This document shows positions 48,072 to 61,794 of a DNA stretch of 64,000 nucleotides, one piece after another. Source of the stretch: Marsupella aquatica (lineage: Eukaryota > Plantae > Marchantiophyta); assembly GCA_973895155.1 (NCBI GenBank), contig OZ316891.1:3826018-3890017 (forward strand), read 5' to 3'. Each line of letters opens with the position of its first letter. The stretch's first letter is position 1. Position numbers and translations under genes: made by a program. The notes beneath the pieces are model-generated. The model worked only from the letters and a program-made list of their open reading frames with translations, had not been told where the DNA came from and searched no databases.

Positions 48072-50435
48072 CCCCTTCCTCTTCCTTCCCTTCATTGGGC
48101 TTTTGCTTTTGGGATCCTGTCTCCTAATTTCACGCTCTTGTGGTAATAATATTGAACGTTTCCTCAGAGATCAAAGTCTGGGACTCTGGGTTGACGATTA
48201 TCCGATTGTGATTGGCTGCCATTGCGCTCCACGTGCATTACGGTTCCCTGGACTAGTTACTGTAGTCTGTAGAAGACATCATTCTGAGCTTTCTTTTCCG
48301 TGCCAGACTAACGGGAAATCATGACATCACAATGACGGTGCATAACTCAAGCAGTCAAGGAAAGTGCTTTAAAACTTTCTTTTTCCTCCTTGTTGCTTAA
48401 AATGCTCTTACAACTTTTGGATCATAGCGAATACTTGAACGCCTTCACGACGACATCACTGTTGATGAAATGTCATGTACTTTTTATTTTTTATTTGTTT
48501 TAGGTCACCTACTTAAAACCAAAAAGTACTAAAACTCTAAAAGTGATTGGGTGATTGTGTTGTAGTCTATATCATTCAAATTCAAACACTATAATTAATA
48601 AAGATTCAGCCCAAAGGTGGGACAGCCTCCAAACAAAATGGGAACAAAGGCAGGACCTAATCCAGGCAGATCGAAGCCAAAGAATTGATTTTTGCTCAAT
48701 GTTCATACAACATGTCAAGCTGGCATTTGCAGACTCCATGTGGATGCTGGTCACTTGCAGGCAATCTTCACCAAGAGTCCACACCAATCACAACCAAAAA
48801 TCGCAGAGCTATATCCCTGACCTTTCCTTTGTATTCACACTGAAGAACTGAGAAATTGGCCTTTTATTCAACAGCAAGCTAATAAATCTTTTTCTGTTTG
48901 GAGAGTAGCACATAATCATTACTTTTCTCCACTCTCTACTTGCTTTACATAAATGACTCTGCTATATTGTATTTCCACTGGAGAAATGAGAAATTTGTCT
49001 TTTTTTTAGCAGCACGCTAATCTAGCCTTTTCTGTTTCGAGAGTGGCACATAATCATGACTTTTGTCTAATGTTACTTGCTTTACATAAATTTGACACTA
49101 CTTATATGTCCAGTATTTTGATTATAATGTGCCTTGACAAGGTCATTCATTTGTATTAATTAGATTTTGAATTAACTTTTGAACCCCTTCTTATTTACTT
49201 AACTTAGTGTATTCTGAATTTATTTTTGCTCCCCTCATAAATGTTTAATATTTCCTTTCAATCACTCCTTAGTCTATTTTTCTGGTGAGAGTGAGAGAAA
49301 TTTGGATTTTTGCTGTCTTGGTACTCCTATGTCTATGTTGGGGTCTATGTTGTGTGTTTTCTAGCCCTCTAACCACCAAAACTACCATCAACATGCCGTC
49401 TACCATTGGTTTCCGGCTTGCTAACCCGCTTGCTAATAGCCGCTTCTATTGCTATTGGCCTAAAAAACATGCTAAATCTCCTTAGCCACAAATGTTGGAA
49501 CAATTCTTTCACTGGACTTGTGAGCAACTACTGTGCCATTACTTTACTTTTCTTTTTGACTTACTTCCATATGTTTGTATTCCGCCCCCCAGAATGTACC
49601 CATTGGCTTAACTTCTCAAGCCTGGTGAGGGTCTTTCTCAGACTACACAAGTCACCCTTCAAGCAGCAGCCTCCGATCAAGCCAATGCAACTTACACTCT
49701 GCTCAATAGTTCCACTCGTGCTGACTTAACCAATCAAGCAAAAATGCATCATCAACTCACAGTATTTCTTGGAGTTACTTAAGGACTGGCGAACTAAACC
49801 AATAAAGGCCAACTCAGTTCAAGTGATTATTCATAGATTCAAGAAACCTGTTATTTACTGGTACCAAGCATTCAAGATTTAGCCAAGACCTTTCCTAGCT
49901 TACAAAGTGATTCAGATTATTTACCGTGGGCCCTCAGTCTTAAGTAATATGCAGAGTATGTGCAAATGCTTGAAGGTTAGTATGTTTTTATAGATTTTGA
50001 ACTAATAATTATTAATAATTACTGGTAACAAGATAACTTTTATAGAAAAATAGAAATAACAAGGGGTAAGACTAACGGGTCATGATCGCAGGGGGTTCAC
50101 TAATTTTACTTGGACTGAGGGCCCAGTGATCACTGATGCACTAAAGGCTCAACTAAGAAAAAGCCCCAACATCCATGTTGCAAAGGTTTTTATCCTTGCA
50201 TAGTGCTTCAACCCCAAATGATCCAAGAATATTTGAACTACCTAACACTAGCCTACACCACGATATTCTCCTTTCTTCCTAATTTAACAAATTTACACCT
50301 AAGCTAGAGTACAGGTGGCACTTGGCTTCTAATCATCCTAATCTAAGCAAGGTACCACTTGCCTGAGTCTTATTCTACAATGGTCGCGCTGCCCTAGCCA
50401 AAGTCCTTCTCCGTTTGCCACGTCCACCCTCCAAG

Positions 50436-50727
50436 CTTGGGGGTCTCACTATATGGATGCCTCCCCATCACTTGCAATGTTTTTAGGCCTTGGACCTCCT
50501 AAAATGTGAGAAAAAAATATTTTTCAACCCCTATAAAGTTGGAATATTCCAAAAAAATTGGTTATAAGGACCCTAATGTTCTTATATAAGTCTCAATTAT
50601 TGGATTTAAAAAACCCTATTGTTCTTGAGTTCTCAAAAAAAATTTAAGTCTTCCCTTTGAACCAATAAAATGATCATATACTTCGTCGCATGTAATGTGC
50701 CATTTTTGTGGAAATGAAGCCCCTAAG
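50436..50727. mobile_element. MITE (family A) with 8-bp TSD
   Basis: Ends cttgggggtctcac / atgaagcccctaag. Flanks cctccaag / cctccatg. Confidence 0.8.
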
Positions 50728-51113
50728 CCTCCATGCAAGCAATGATTGGCCCTTTGCAATTGTCAAATTGTCGGGAATGACTCTTCAACTTTTGGCTTTG
50801 CATCTTCCCCTTACACTGGCTTTGTTGCATTGGCATCAACCTTCAGCCTCTATTGGCAATGGAAGTTGGCTTGGCAGTATTGACGGCTTTGGCAAGATCT
50901 TGGACATAACCTCTTCCTTCCAAGCTTGTTCCCCCGCTTGTTCCCCGATCCACACAGTTGTGGATTGTGGTTATCCATAGCAGTTGTACCAGTGTCAAAC
51001 CCCGCTAAATTGTAGCTCCAAATTGATCAACAACACTTACCTCTATTGGGCTTCAACCTTGCACAGCCATCATTTCACAAATGTGGGCCGCCATGCTTTC
51101 TAGCTCTGACAGC

Positions 51114-51389
51114 CTTGGGGGGGGGGGAGGTCACTTCCAAAAATGTTGACATCATGTGCAAACAAAGTTTTATTCATTTTAGGGAAGTACTAAGTAGGGA
51201 CGAAGTAAGTAAGGGGGTAACAAAATTTTAAAAAGTGTCATTTGTCATCACATGATTCATTGTTTGCCATATGTCAATAAATGAATTGGTGGGTTTTTTG
51301 AGCTTCCTATTCCTTTTAGAGAGAGAGAGTGGTTAAATAGGGGCATTCGCACAAGGTATACAACAATTTCATAAGGTGAACCCCCCGAG
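51114..51389. mobile_element. MITE with family-A-like termini but a different interior; 8-bp TSD
   Basis: Ends cttggggg...aggtcac / gtgaaccccccgag. Flanks ctgacagc / ctgacacc. Confidence 0.7.
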
Positions 51390-51504
51390 CTGACACCGTT
51401 GCCTTAATTGGCAAAGACTCAGATGTTAAGTTGTTGGTTGTGCTTCGGCTTAATTACATCCGCAACAAACTAAACTGCTTCCCCTTCCCATTATCGTTTG
51501 GAAC

Positions 51505-51784
51505 CTCAGGGTTTCACTTCCACAAAAATGGCACATCACGTGCAATGAAGGATAGGGTTGTTTTATTGATTCTAAGGGAAAACTTAAGAATTTTTGTAGT
51601 AGAACAATAGGGTCTTTTAAATTCAATTTTGAGACTTACAAGAACATTAGGGTCTAGGAATATTCCAAGAATATTCTAACTTTATAGGGGTTTAAAAATT
51701 AAAAAAAATCTTACATTTTAGGGTGTCAGAGGCCTAAAACCGTTGGAGGTGATGGGGAGGTCTCCATATAGTGAGACCCCCGAG
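51505..51784. mobile_element. MITE (family A), inverted relative to 50436 and 54217
   Basis: Ends ctcagggtttcac / gtgagacccccgag. The interior is the reverse complement of the other copies. TSD degenerate (tttggaac / attggccc). Confidence 0.8.
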
Positions 51785-52422
51785 ATTGGCCCCGGTTATG
51801 ACTTGGATGAACAGACAATATTGATCACTCCAAGCAGTGCCTTCCTTGCCGGTGACCTAAATAAATACCTGCTTTGGCATATTTCTGTAATTTCTGTGTT
51901 TGATTATCAATATGCCTGAGCTAGCATCCTCTCCTTGGCCTCGTCTAGCTCTCCAGCTAATTCCTCCACTCTAACTAATTCCTCCATCTTGTCCGTAAGC
52001 CAAATAATCATTTGCTTCCTTCAATTCATTATTGAGGATTTTTATGACAGCAATCTTGACATCCTTCTCAATCAGCCTTTGATTGCTCCATATCTGGCTC
52101 CATATTAAGACTTATCTAGATTGGCCTTGGCTTTGTTAGTTGCCAACTTACTTTATTCAACATTTGGTCTTGTCCTGCCAACCGGCACTCTCAATGTCAT
52201 GTTTTTCTCTGTGTATATGCCTCTAACTAATCAAGGAGATTATCCTACTTCCACTTAGCATCACCCAAGGCTTGATTAAAATGCCTTAGTTAACTGATCA
52301 TGCATGGTTTGAAGCCTTGAGTGAGTCTAGTTGTTGGTCCTAATCCTGCAGGTTCTTTTTAACATCAACTAATTGCCTCTGGACTTTACTCAGCTCCTCC
52401 CTGGCTGGCTCATTGTCCTCCT

Positions 52423-53028
52423 CTTGGGGGCCTCACTCTAAAGGGGGTCTCATAACCCTTGGGGAGTCACATAGAGTAAAAGCACTAAAACACGTGAGAA
52501 CACACCAATGAAATTTGAAATAATTAATTCAAAAATTAATTCAATTTACCCTTCTACAGTTTATTATACAACTTTGACAAATTCTTAAATACCTTGCTGA
52601 ATATAAAAAATAATATTTCTACCAAAATTGGATTTTTAAATTCCTTTAGCATAAGTTTTTGATTTTAATTTTTACCCCAACAAAATTAAAAATAACCTTC
52701 ATTTGTTTGCACCCCGTTCTAATAATCCAATGAGTGATTCCCCAGGGCTCAGAACACGCTCGACATTTTTAGCTATTAAACACCCTAAAAAATAAAAAGA
52801 AGGTTTTTTGAACTATTTTTCTACCCCTATTTGTCTAGAGTATTCTAAAAATATTTCCAAAATTCATTTCTAAAACCCTATCTTTCTTTAGAATTCTCAA
52901 AATTGGATATAAAAAACACTAATTGTATTCTACAGAAATTTAAAAGTATTTTTCTCAACCCAATAAACAAACCCTATACTTGCTTTTGCGTTTAGGGTAG
53001 AAAGGAAATAAACTGTGAGAACCCCGGG
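52423..53028. mobile_element. MITE with CTYGGGG termini carrying a nested element
   Basis: Ends cttgggggcctcac / gtgagaaccccggg. Perfect TSD GTCCTCCT at 52415-22 and 53029-36. Confidence 0.8.
52457..52747. mobile_element. Nested MITE (family B)
   Basis: TIRs ccttggggagtcac / gtgattccccaggg. Flanks ctcataac / ctcagaac (7/8). Confidence 0.8.
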
Positions 53029-53822
53029 GTCCTCCTTATAGGTGTCAAGTTCCTGAGTGGCTACGCTTAGCTCTTTCTTCCTTATCAGAAGCTCATCCGC
53101 AACCTGTTGGGATTTACTCACTTCTGCGGCCTTAGCTTCCATCCTTCTTAGCTGAGTAATGACTTCTTCTTCCTTAAGTCGCTCCAAAGTCATCACCTCC
53201 TCTAATCGGGTTTGGTCTGCAATCTCCTTCCTAAGGACCTTCCTAAGGAAGGGCCCCAATTCCAACTCATTGCCAAAAATCCCCAAAGTTAGGAGTCTGC
53301 ACATTTCTCCATACTCCATGATTCCTTGCATAGTTGGACATTTCGGGGGAGACTGGCATCTGCCAACAATGCCCCCCTACCCATTACTCTTCCTTGAGGC
53401 AATCAAAGTAAGTAACTAGCTCAACCAGCTTCTCGCTAAGCTGTCATATATCCTCCAGCCATTCTCCACCTGACAAGTCTTTCTCCTGCGCTCTATTTCT
53501 GTCCTCCGACTCCTGCAAGCTAAGTCCGCCTCGGCCTCCTTCATCTTGTCAAACTCCTGATTGAGGTGCAACAACAGGTGCCGGGGGGGGCGGATTCTAG
53601 GCTGATCTGATCCTACAAGTTTCCATAATAAACCGTTGGAAACCTCCTGTGAAATCCTCCCAAAGTTTGTACTCCCAGCACTGGCCTCTCCCCATGGTCA
53701 ATGTAGTTGTCATCACAGTTCTTTACATTAACGTGATCTTGTCCTTTGAGTACTGCCTTGGTGTTGTAGGGCAATTCCCCACTTCTAGCTCTTCTGATTC
53801 GTGCTAAGCCGGAGACTCTGGG

Positions 53823-54129
53823 TGTTGGCAAATCACTTGGTGGATATTAGAATGGGGTGTGAACAAATCATGAAGGTCATTTTTAATCTAGTTGAGGTAA
53901 TAATTATAATCAAAACCCTATACTAAAGGCATTTAAAAATCCAATTTGGTAATTTAAATATTAGTTTTGATATTCAACAATTAATGTATTTAAGAAATTG
54001 TCAAAGCCATATAATAAAGGGTACAAGGATATTTGTAATTGAGTTTATTTATTTTTTATTTATTTTTTCAAATTTCATTGGTCTGTTCTCACGTATTTTA
54101 GGGGTTTTACTCTAAGTGATTCCCCAGGG
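53823..54129. mobile_element. MITE (family B), inverted relative to 52457-52747
   Basis: Ends in gtgattccccaggg. The interior (aatttcattggtctgttctcacgt, gaatggggtg) is the reverse complement of the 52457 copy. TSD degenerate. Confidence 0.75.
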
Positions 54130-54216
54130 ACAGGGGGTTTCTATCTTTTGCCTCCAAGTCTATCTACTTGTCTTGCTTCTTCCTCTCCTTTGTAGTCATC
54201 TTTCTAAAGTTACACT

Positions 54217-54519
54217 CTCGGGGCTCTTACTATATGGAGACCTCCCCATCACCTGCAATGTTTTTAGGTCTCGGACCCCCTAAAATGTAAGATTTTTAAA
54301 AACAATTTAACCCCTCTAAAGTTGGAATACTCTTGTCCGAATATTCCAAAATTTTGATTAAAAAGACTCTAATACTCTTATAAGTCTCAAAATTTAATTT
54401 TAAATACCCTATTGTTCTTCTACAAAAATTCTTAAGTCTTCCTTTAGAACCAATCAAACGACCCTATCCTTCGTTGCTCATGATCAATGTGCCATTTTTT
54501 TGGAAGTGAAACCCCCGAG
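54217..54519. mobile_element. MITE (family A) with perfect 8-bp TSD
   Basis: Ends ctcggggctcttac / gtgaaacccccgag. TSD GTTACACT at 54209-16 and 54520-27. Confidence 0.85.
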
Positions 54520-55029
54520 GTTACACTAAGGTGATCAATGTTAGCATATGGATTGTTCCAAGTAGGCCGTCGCAACACATTTCTCACAACATCCAAAGTC
54601 ACTACCTTCTCCTCTCTTGCCGGTAGCAGCTGCTATTCTTGTAGAACAGGTTTCCTAATTAATGTCCCTTTTGACTTGCAACCTGGGCTCCTCCTATTCT
54701 TCTTGATCAAGATTCTCCACAAATTTTGGCATCGATGGCTTCTTAATGAATGAATTCAGGGTGGGACTCCTTCATAAATATGGCTGATGTTGTTATTGAC
54801 ATCCTGATTGACATCCGCTTCTGAATGATAACACTGGTGCAAAAGACTGACTCTAAGCATATTGACATAGTAATTATAGATGGTACCCTAGTCTAGACAC
54901 AGACCGAGGGTAGAGATCATATTTAAGCTTATATTCTATTAGATTGAATCAATTTTCTACTTGTTATCCAACATATTTTATATTATTATCACCCAAATGT
55001 TTTTCTTTAGAATCCAAATTAATATTTCA

Positions 55030-55155
55030 TTTTCCCCTATGTACAATCTTGATCCCCAAATGTACATGATCTGGTGCCCAAATGTACAACTTTCACTGCC
55101 CAAATGTACAATTCTTGTGCCCCCCCAAAAATTTTTTGGTGCCCAAATGTCCAAA
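55030..55155. repeat. ~22-bp tandem repeat with CCCAAATGTACA core
   Basis: cccaaatgt(a/c)ca recurs at ~55055, 55077, 55099 and 55142. Confidence 0.7.
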
Positions 55156-56879
55156 GATCAAAGTATTTTCCAGTTTTAATGAATAGACTGATCATTGCCC
55201 CTTCACCAATACTTTCCTTCTTCTCATTTAATGCCTTCTTCAGCTGCATGAGGAGATAGCCATTGTAATCCTGGCTCGCATCCACCTTCTTGACTAGGAA
55301 CATTTGTCTAAGTATGTCTTGCCAATCTCCACTCTCAGCTACGTACAATGCAAAGTCACTCGTAAGAAATCAACATGGGGGGTTGGTACACTGAATCTTG
55401 AAGAACCCATTCTTTGTTGATCCAGGAAATGACCCAAACTGACCATCCGGAAGAGTTTTCCTCTAGTACTCCACCTTAAATAGTCTTCTTCCCCATCAGC
55501 AAAGCAAACATAGCTTGGATGGGTGCTGATGGTAATTCAAACGTCCTTCCATACAACAATGTCGTGTTGGAATCTGATGCAGCTTCACAACAGCCTACAA
55601 AATCAAGAAGGTCTTCATCCAGAATGACAAATAAGCTCCACCGCAATCTGATGTAACCCGGTCCCATCCATGTAACCCACATACTTATTGTATTGCACAA
55701 CCTTTCCATTGCCAGTCATCCACTGCTCTACCCCGAATGTTCTGGCATGGTTTTGACCAGCAGTTTGACATTCCCCACTATAGCAACTTTCCTAGCTGGC
55801 TTCTCAGACCTTGATCTCTTTGTGGTAGTGGCAGTTGCCGAAGTCCCCTTGTGCTTCATGTCTGTAATCTTGGATAACTCTCCGAGTAACTATGGATTCC
55901 TTTGTCCAAGCAGTGTGTCCCTTCAACTCCCATGTAGTGGTGCAACAACATTCCTGATGGCCTCCCAAATCATTCCCTAGCTTTACCCAGTTGTCTTGGA
56001 GTAGCAGTTTGTCAAGCTCGACACTAGTTGGCATCTAGAGAAACTTCTCCAGAACCTTGTTATCTTCAGCAAATGCCCAAGCAAATGCAACCTAAGTATA
56101 ATTATGGATAGCTCCCACAGTCTCGCCAATTCAGCTTGCTCCCTAATCGCACGCTCTGGCTCCTTGTCTTCGTATGTAGGGTATGAGCTGACGTGATTCC
56201 TCAAGCAGACAACCCCAAAACTTACCCGCTTGATTGACCATGATTATCACTTCACAAGAATTGACACCAACTACTGCAATTCCCCCTCAATCACTTCACA
56301 AAGCCACCGCCTCTACCAGTCACCAAATATGATTCACCGTCTTGCCTTGAATGTGGAAATGCAAATGATTGAATAGTAATTGGTTGCGACCCAGCCCTTA
56401 CCCCTTGTCAATCTCTTCATCAAAGCCGCCACCTTTAACCCTTTGTTGATTAGGGTGCCCGATGTTGATTACCCCGTAACCCTAATGCGCTATATCGTGG
56501 GCCGTTGATCCTCCCTCAATTCCGGCTATGCATGGCCTCAGTTCCATAGTCGGCCCTAAATTTTTACTTTTCCATGTTTTTACCCATTACTATATACATA
56601 ATTCTACTTTATTTACAAAAAATTCCCCTTTAACTAAACTAAATGAACCTTGGCAAGGCATCATAGTCCATACACTCAGTCATAGTTGTAACATTCCATT
56701 CTGTTCATGAAAAATGTTACAAGAGCCAAAAGGGTTTTTCACATTTCCTTTGTATTCCTTTGTATTCCTTAGTATCCATAGTAACCAATTACTATCCTGG
56801 TCTCTTTGGTTGCAAGGTCTACTGCCGGTCCATCTGATCCTAACCAACTTATCTTAATCTACATATTTGTCTTGTCCTA

Positions 56880-59760
56880 GGTCTCCCTCCCTTGAGTTGT
56901 TGACCACGTTAGCCATTGTTATTATTGTTGTTAAGGGACTGTAATAGACTCTCCAAAGTCTTCCAGGCTTCAGTACCACTTGGAATACATTGTCCAATTG
57001 CTTCTCTTAGCTGGTTATGACATCAAGCATCGCTTGCAGATGTTTTTCAGTTTGTCTCAGCACAACCCAACCAGGAAGGCGGCCCAGGCTTGGGCCCAGG
57101 AAATTTGAGTAGGTAGTGGTGTAGGTAGCAGGCTCATTTATCTCCTAAGTCCATATGGTAGCACACAATTCAGCAATCAAGACCAGCGGTCCAGGTTTCC
57201 TCTTAATATGTCTCTTAATTGTGTACCACAACCATCATGTCATGCAGTGAGCCAGCATTCATCTTCATGGCGTTGGACCCTCAAAGCAAATGTTGAACCT
57301 CTCTCCATCTGGCCTCTAAGTGCTGCAACTAAAGAACATATGTTCTGTGTGTTCAAGTTGTGTCTTGCACGATGTCTTGCACCAATTACAGATACAAAAC
57401 GCCCCACTTTCTTGCTCTGCCACTGGTAAAGAACCCATAATTCAAGATATGCCACACTGTGAAACTCACCTTCAAAAAAGACTACCCACTCCAAATTCTT
57501 CTCTAGATCTATATATTTCCATGTGTTTACAGTGTGAAGTTGTCCCCATGCCAATGTCTCCTTGGGTGAGTGACATTTCTCATAGTCTTTTGTTTTCACT
57601 GGCCAGCTCCATGTTTTGGTTGCGAAGGTCCATCCCCTGTTCATGCCCTTCCAATCCCATTGCCATCCCGCACAATTTTGTAGATTTTCAGGTTTGGTGC
57701 TCGCTTGTTGTTGCATCAGGCTGTAGAGAGTGTCAAACTCTGTGTCTCCAATCCTATTGTTGTTTCTGATTTTCTGGTTGATGTCTTCCACCTGAATCCA
57801 TTCTCCTTGGTTGTCCAGAAGGTCACGTAGAGTTTTAATTGATCGATTGGCCATGAATCTTCTTAATGTTCTTCCTTGTTACTCCGTGACCTTGGCATTC
57901 TGCAGGACAGTTAGTTCAATGTAAGATGGATTGGAACTTTGCCTTCCCCAAAGTTGAACTTCAGTTGAGGAATTTACTTGTTTTGTACCAACCCTGGATC
58001 ATTTCTCTCAACATTAGATATCCTTTGATAAGGATTTTGCCGTTCAGCAGTAGGGCTTCAGAAGAGGTCCAATCTCCTTCTTCTTTTTCTTGGCCCCTAT
58101 ATATGTTAAGCCCATTTTCACCCACTCCCCATTTATACCAGTCACTCGGCAGCTAAGAGATATGAATGATGCATCTTGAGCACCTGCACTTGTTCTTCAA
58201 ATGACTTCAGGCCCAGCCCATGGTCACCTTTAGGTTCAGTAGTCATTGTCCAGGATATCAAATAATCATGCTTTCTTCTACTTTGTATTGTTGGCTGGTC
58301 CCTGCAGAAAAGCTCTACATATCTTCTCCATTTCCAAGTATCCACCCTTGTGCAAGGACATCCATATCAGATGATAGGTAGGGATTCTTCTTAGGACATG
58401 TTTGAGCATGATCAATCTCCCCCACGATGGACAGACTCTTGTTTGTCCAATGGTTCAGGTGGCTTCTCAATTTTCCCACCATAAAAGTAGCTTTGTGCAA
58501 TGAGCAAACTTTGTAGCCAATAGGGCATCCCAGGTATTCAGTTACCTCACCATCACCAGCAATCCTGCACCTGCCTGGTTCCTTGTTGCCATTCCAGATA
58601 GACATCACCAAGTACACAATAGGAATGATTTTTGATTTATGGAGAGTAAATGAGGCACCACAAATGATCTCATACCTCTGCACCACCACCCTTGCCACCA
58701 GGAAGTCCTGCTTGGTCGCCGCCAAGAAAAGACCAGTATCGTCACTAAAGAGTCATTTGGTGGTACAAACTGCCATTTTTGCTTAGTTGCATCCCTTTGA
58801 TCTCGCCTGTCACAAGTTTTTGTTTGAACATTGCCATCAGTAGTTGTGCATGTAGTCAGGGCGACAACAAAGCGGAAAGAGAGTAGCCCTGCCTTACTCC
58901 CTGTCCGAGGTAGATAGGCTCCACAATGCAACCATTGGTTTCCACTTTTGAGTGAGTCAGCTCCACAATTAGCCCTTTAATCAAGTAATTATTGTACATA
59001 TTTCCTTTGAACTCTATTGCCTGCAAAACAGCCCACAGGAAGGAGTGTGCCACACCGTCATAGCTTTGGTAAAATCCAACTTCAGAAAGATGAGAGAATG
59101 TTTGCTTACCGGAGCTAGCTCTTGGGCCAGCTTGAATGTCAGCAGATAACTATCTAGGACGTCTCGTCCCTCAAGAAATCCCATCGTTTGAGGATCAACC
59201 AGTTTGTTGCCACCTTCTTGATCTGGTTGGCCAAATTTATTATTATTATTTTTTTAAGAGGAAATCTGTCAAACCCCACAGAAAGGGATCAGTCAGTCAC
59301 AACTTTTGAACCCAAGATCAACCTATGAGTCACTACTCAAGTGAGCTACCACACACCCATGTCTCTCTGGTTGGCCAGAATCTTAGCTATGAATTTCTCA
59401 AAGAGAGTGAGCATAGTCAGCAGGCGCCAATAACTGAGTTCCATCACTTCCTGGTTTTTGGGAATCAATTTAATGACCCTATCAGATGCTTTGGTGGTGA
59501 TTTTCCCGTCCTTCCAAAACTCCTGTATCATGGCCACACACAGTTTCTTCATAAAATCCCACCCTTTGCCCAGCATCTCAATAGTGACACCGTATATCCC
59601 TGGGGATTTCATCTTGGAAAGGTCAAAGACCATTCTCTTGACTTTGTCCTCACTGTGGCTCATTTCTTGATTATCAGTTGGTGTCACCTGAGTGGCAGAG
59701 ATGAGTCCCAACGCTTCACTTCATGTCATGTGGTGCTCCTCCACCCCTCTGTCTGCTCTG
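56880..59760 (-). mobile_element. Decayed LINE (non-LTR retrotransposon) ORF2/RT remnant
   Basis: Fragments KSPGIYG, IKLIPK, WRLLTML..FEKFIAKILANQ, FLKLDFTKA, GQGVRQG, KSKIIP, YLGCPIG and W....LS, with many stops and frameshifts. Confidence 0.88.
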
Positions 59761-60391
59761 TACAACTCTTCATAGAAATTTTGAATTTCTTTTAGTATCT
59801 TGTTGGGGTCTTCAGACGATGTGGTTACACGGGATTTTGGAAGGAGCTTCCTGGGGGCGTTGCAAAGACACTGACACTACTATCGTCCCAGGCATTTTTG
59901 GTGGCAATGTAGTTTAAACTGTTAGTGCTATCAGAACCTTTTTTATATTCTAAATCAATCCATCCTAGCTTTGGAAATCCATGGGGCTTCAGAGCAAACC
60001 CCACGTCCAACCAACCTTCATATTCTTCCTTCCAATGTACTGGTAAGTTGGCTAGGGGATTAGCCTGGAACTGAAAGTTCCAATGCATGTTCAAATCCCC
60101 TCGCCCCCACCACACACACAGGGGTGTGGAGAGTATATATGTGGGGGATGAGATTTCTGGGTAGTGGATGGGAGTTCTGATATTAATTATCTCTTTTGCC
60201 CCTGCTTGTCCACTTTGTGCCCCTGATTTAATCTACTCAGTCTCCCTCCTGATGCGGGTCCAGTTGGATCTAGGAGGGCTCAACCTTAAATGGATGGGCC
60301 GGGACAAAGACTGTATGTCACTATTAGGTTGGGGAGAGTCTACTAACTATTCCTCCTGGTTTCCTTCCAAGACAAAAATGTGAAAATAATG

Positions 60392-60800
60392 TTCACATGG
60401 ACCACCATGTTGGTCTTTTGAAACCCCCATGGACCACATTTCCCAAATTTTGAGGTTAATTGTAATAACTTGATCTTCAGAAATTCAAACATTTTTTAGT
60501 TTTGAGGATGTGCTAGAGGTGTAGGTAAGCTACACTTGCACCATCAAAGTGACACTGAAATTTTGGCCATTTTGGTTAGGTAACTATTCATCATGGAATG
60601 CAAAGGGGTAAATTCTATTACATGATTTTTCATTGTGTTATCAAATATTAGGGCTTCTGTTTTCTTATGTCTCCTCCTTCTCTAGTGCCTTGCCGGTGAA
60701 AAAATAAAAAATATTCAAAGACTCATAATCACCAAGTTCTTATGGACCACCAAAATGTGGTCCATGGGAGCACCTTGTCCAACATGGTGGTTCATGTGAG
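60392..60800. mobile_element. TIR element (MITE-like) with ~50-bp inverted ends
   Basis: tcacatggaccaccatgttgg...cccatggaccacattt versus aaatgtggtccatggg...ccaacatggtggttcatgtga. TSD not identified. Confidence 0.65.
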
Positions 60801-61737
60801 CTTCACTTTTGAAAAATATTCTTCCTTCTCACCTAATTTATTATATAATTAGATTTATTTACTAATCTGAATGTAATGTCTCGTCTTAGTAAGGTACACT
60901 ACTCACCGCCATTAGTCTTATGTCACAAAGTGTTTCACTGAATTAGCGGTAGTAAGTCTAAATCAAGTGAAGAGTTATTTTGACAAGAAAATAACAGCAA
61001 TGTGGATCATTTGTAACCTTCAATAGTATTTGTGGTTTAAAGATTTATGAACTCATTTTGCCCATTAAAGAATAGAGGTGTATTGATTTGCTCTGTTCAA
61101 TTGTTAGATGAACAGAAATCTTGATTCACTCATCCATTTTGCAATTTGGATATTCACAATTTATTTTGTTATTCCATAACCCTAGAATTTAATTTCCTAT
61201 CACAAATGATGCTGTGTAGACACGGTGAATTAATCCTATCTAAACACTTTTAATTACCAGTAGCCACATTCTATTTAAATAGTGTCACTCCAAAATTAAC
61301 ATTGGTAAAGCTAAATTTTGAGAGGTCCAAATCTCAAACAGTCACCCAAATAGAATTAGTAAGACTAATCAGGGTGAAGAGGGTAGTAGCCTAGTAAGGT
61401 GGTAGCCAAGTGAGGCTCTCGCACCAGGGTGCAGGAGTCTAATTTACCTAGGTAGCCAACTGAAGTCTGGCTCCCCAGTAGAGTGCATGAGTCTGACTGT
61501 CATAAAGGCAGTTCGAGAGACTCGTCGCCCTGAATCTCGAGTTCTGGACACAGCATGTTCCTCATGCGAAGTAAAGGCAACAGGTAGTGTCTTAGTGTAG
61601 TCTTTCGTCATTTACTTCTGATTCTCGTCTGTTGTGAAATTGGTGCCGTTGTTATAGAGCCGGAGAGCAGTGGCCTATGTAAAGTTTTAGTACACAACCA
61701 ACCTACGACAAATCCTCGTCTTCTGGACACTTGCTGC

Positions 61738-61794
61738 AAGTTTGTCAGTCATGTTTCTACTCCAAAGTTTGTCAGTCACGTTTCTACTCCAAAG
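61738..61794. repeat. 27-bp tandem duplication upstream of the bHLH gene
   Basis: aagtttgtcagtca(t/c)gtttctactcca occurs twice. Confidence 0.85.

Larger units (their letters stand above)
50900..56250 (-). pseudogene. Heavily decayed, probably retroelement-derived ORF interrupted by multiple MITEs
   Basis: Fragments: EDLLDFVGCC...LLYGRTFELPSAPIQAMFAL (resembles plant transposon-associated extra-ORF proteins), E/K-rich coiled-coil pieces (53030-53331 and ~51900-52400), and remnants resembling zinc knuckles near 50960-51080. Many stops and frameshifts. Confidence 0.4.
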
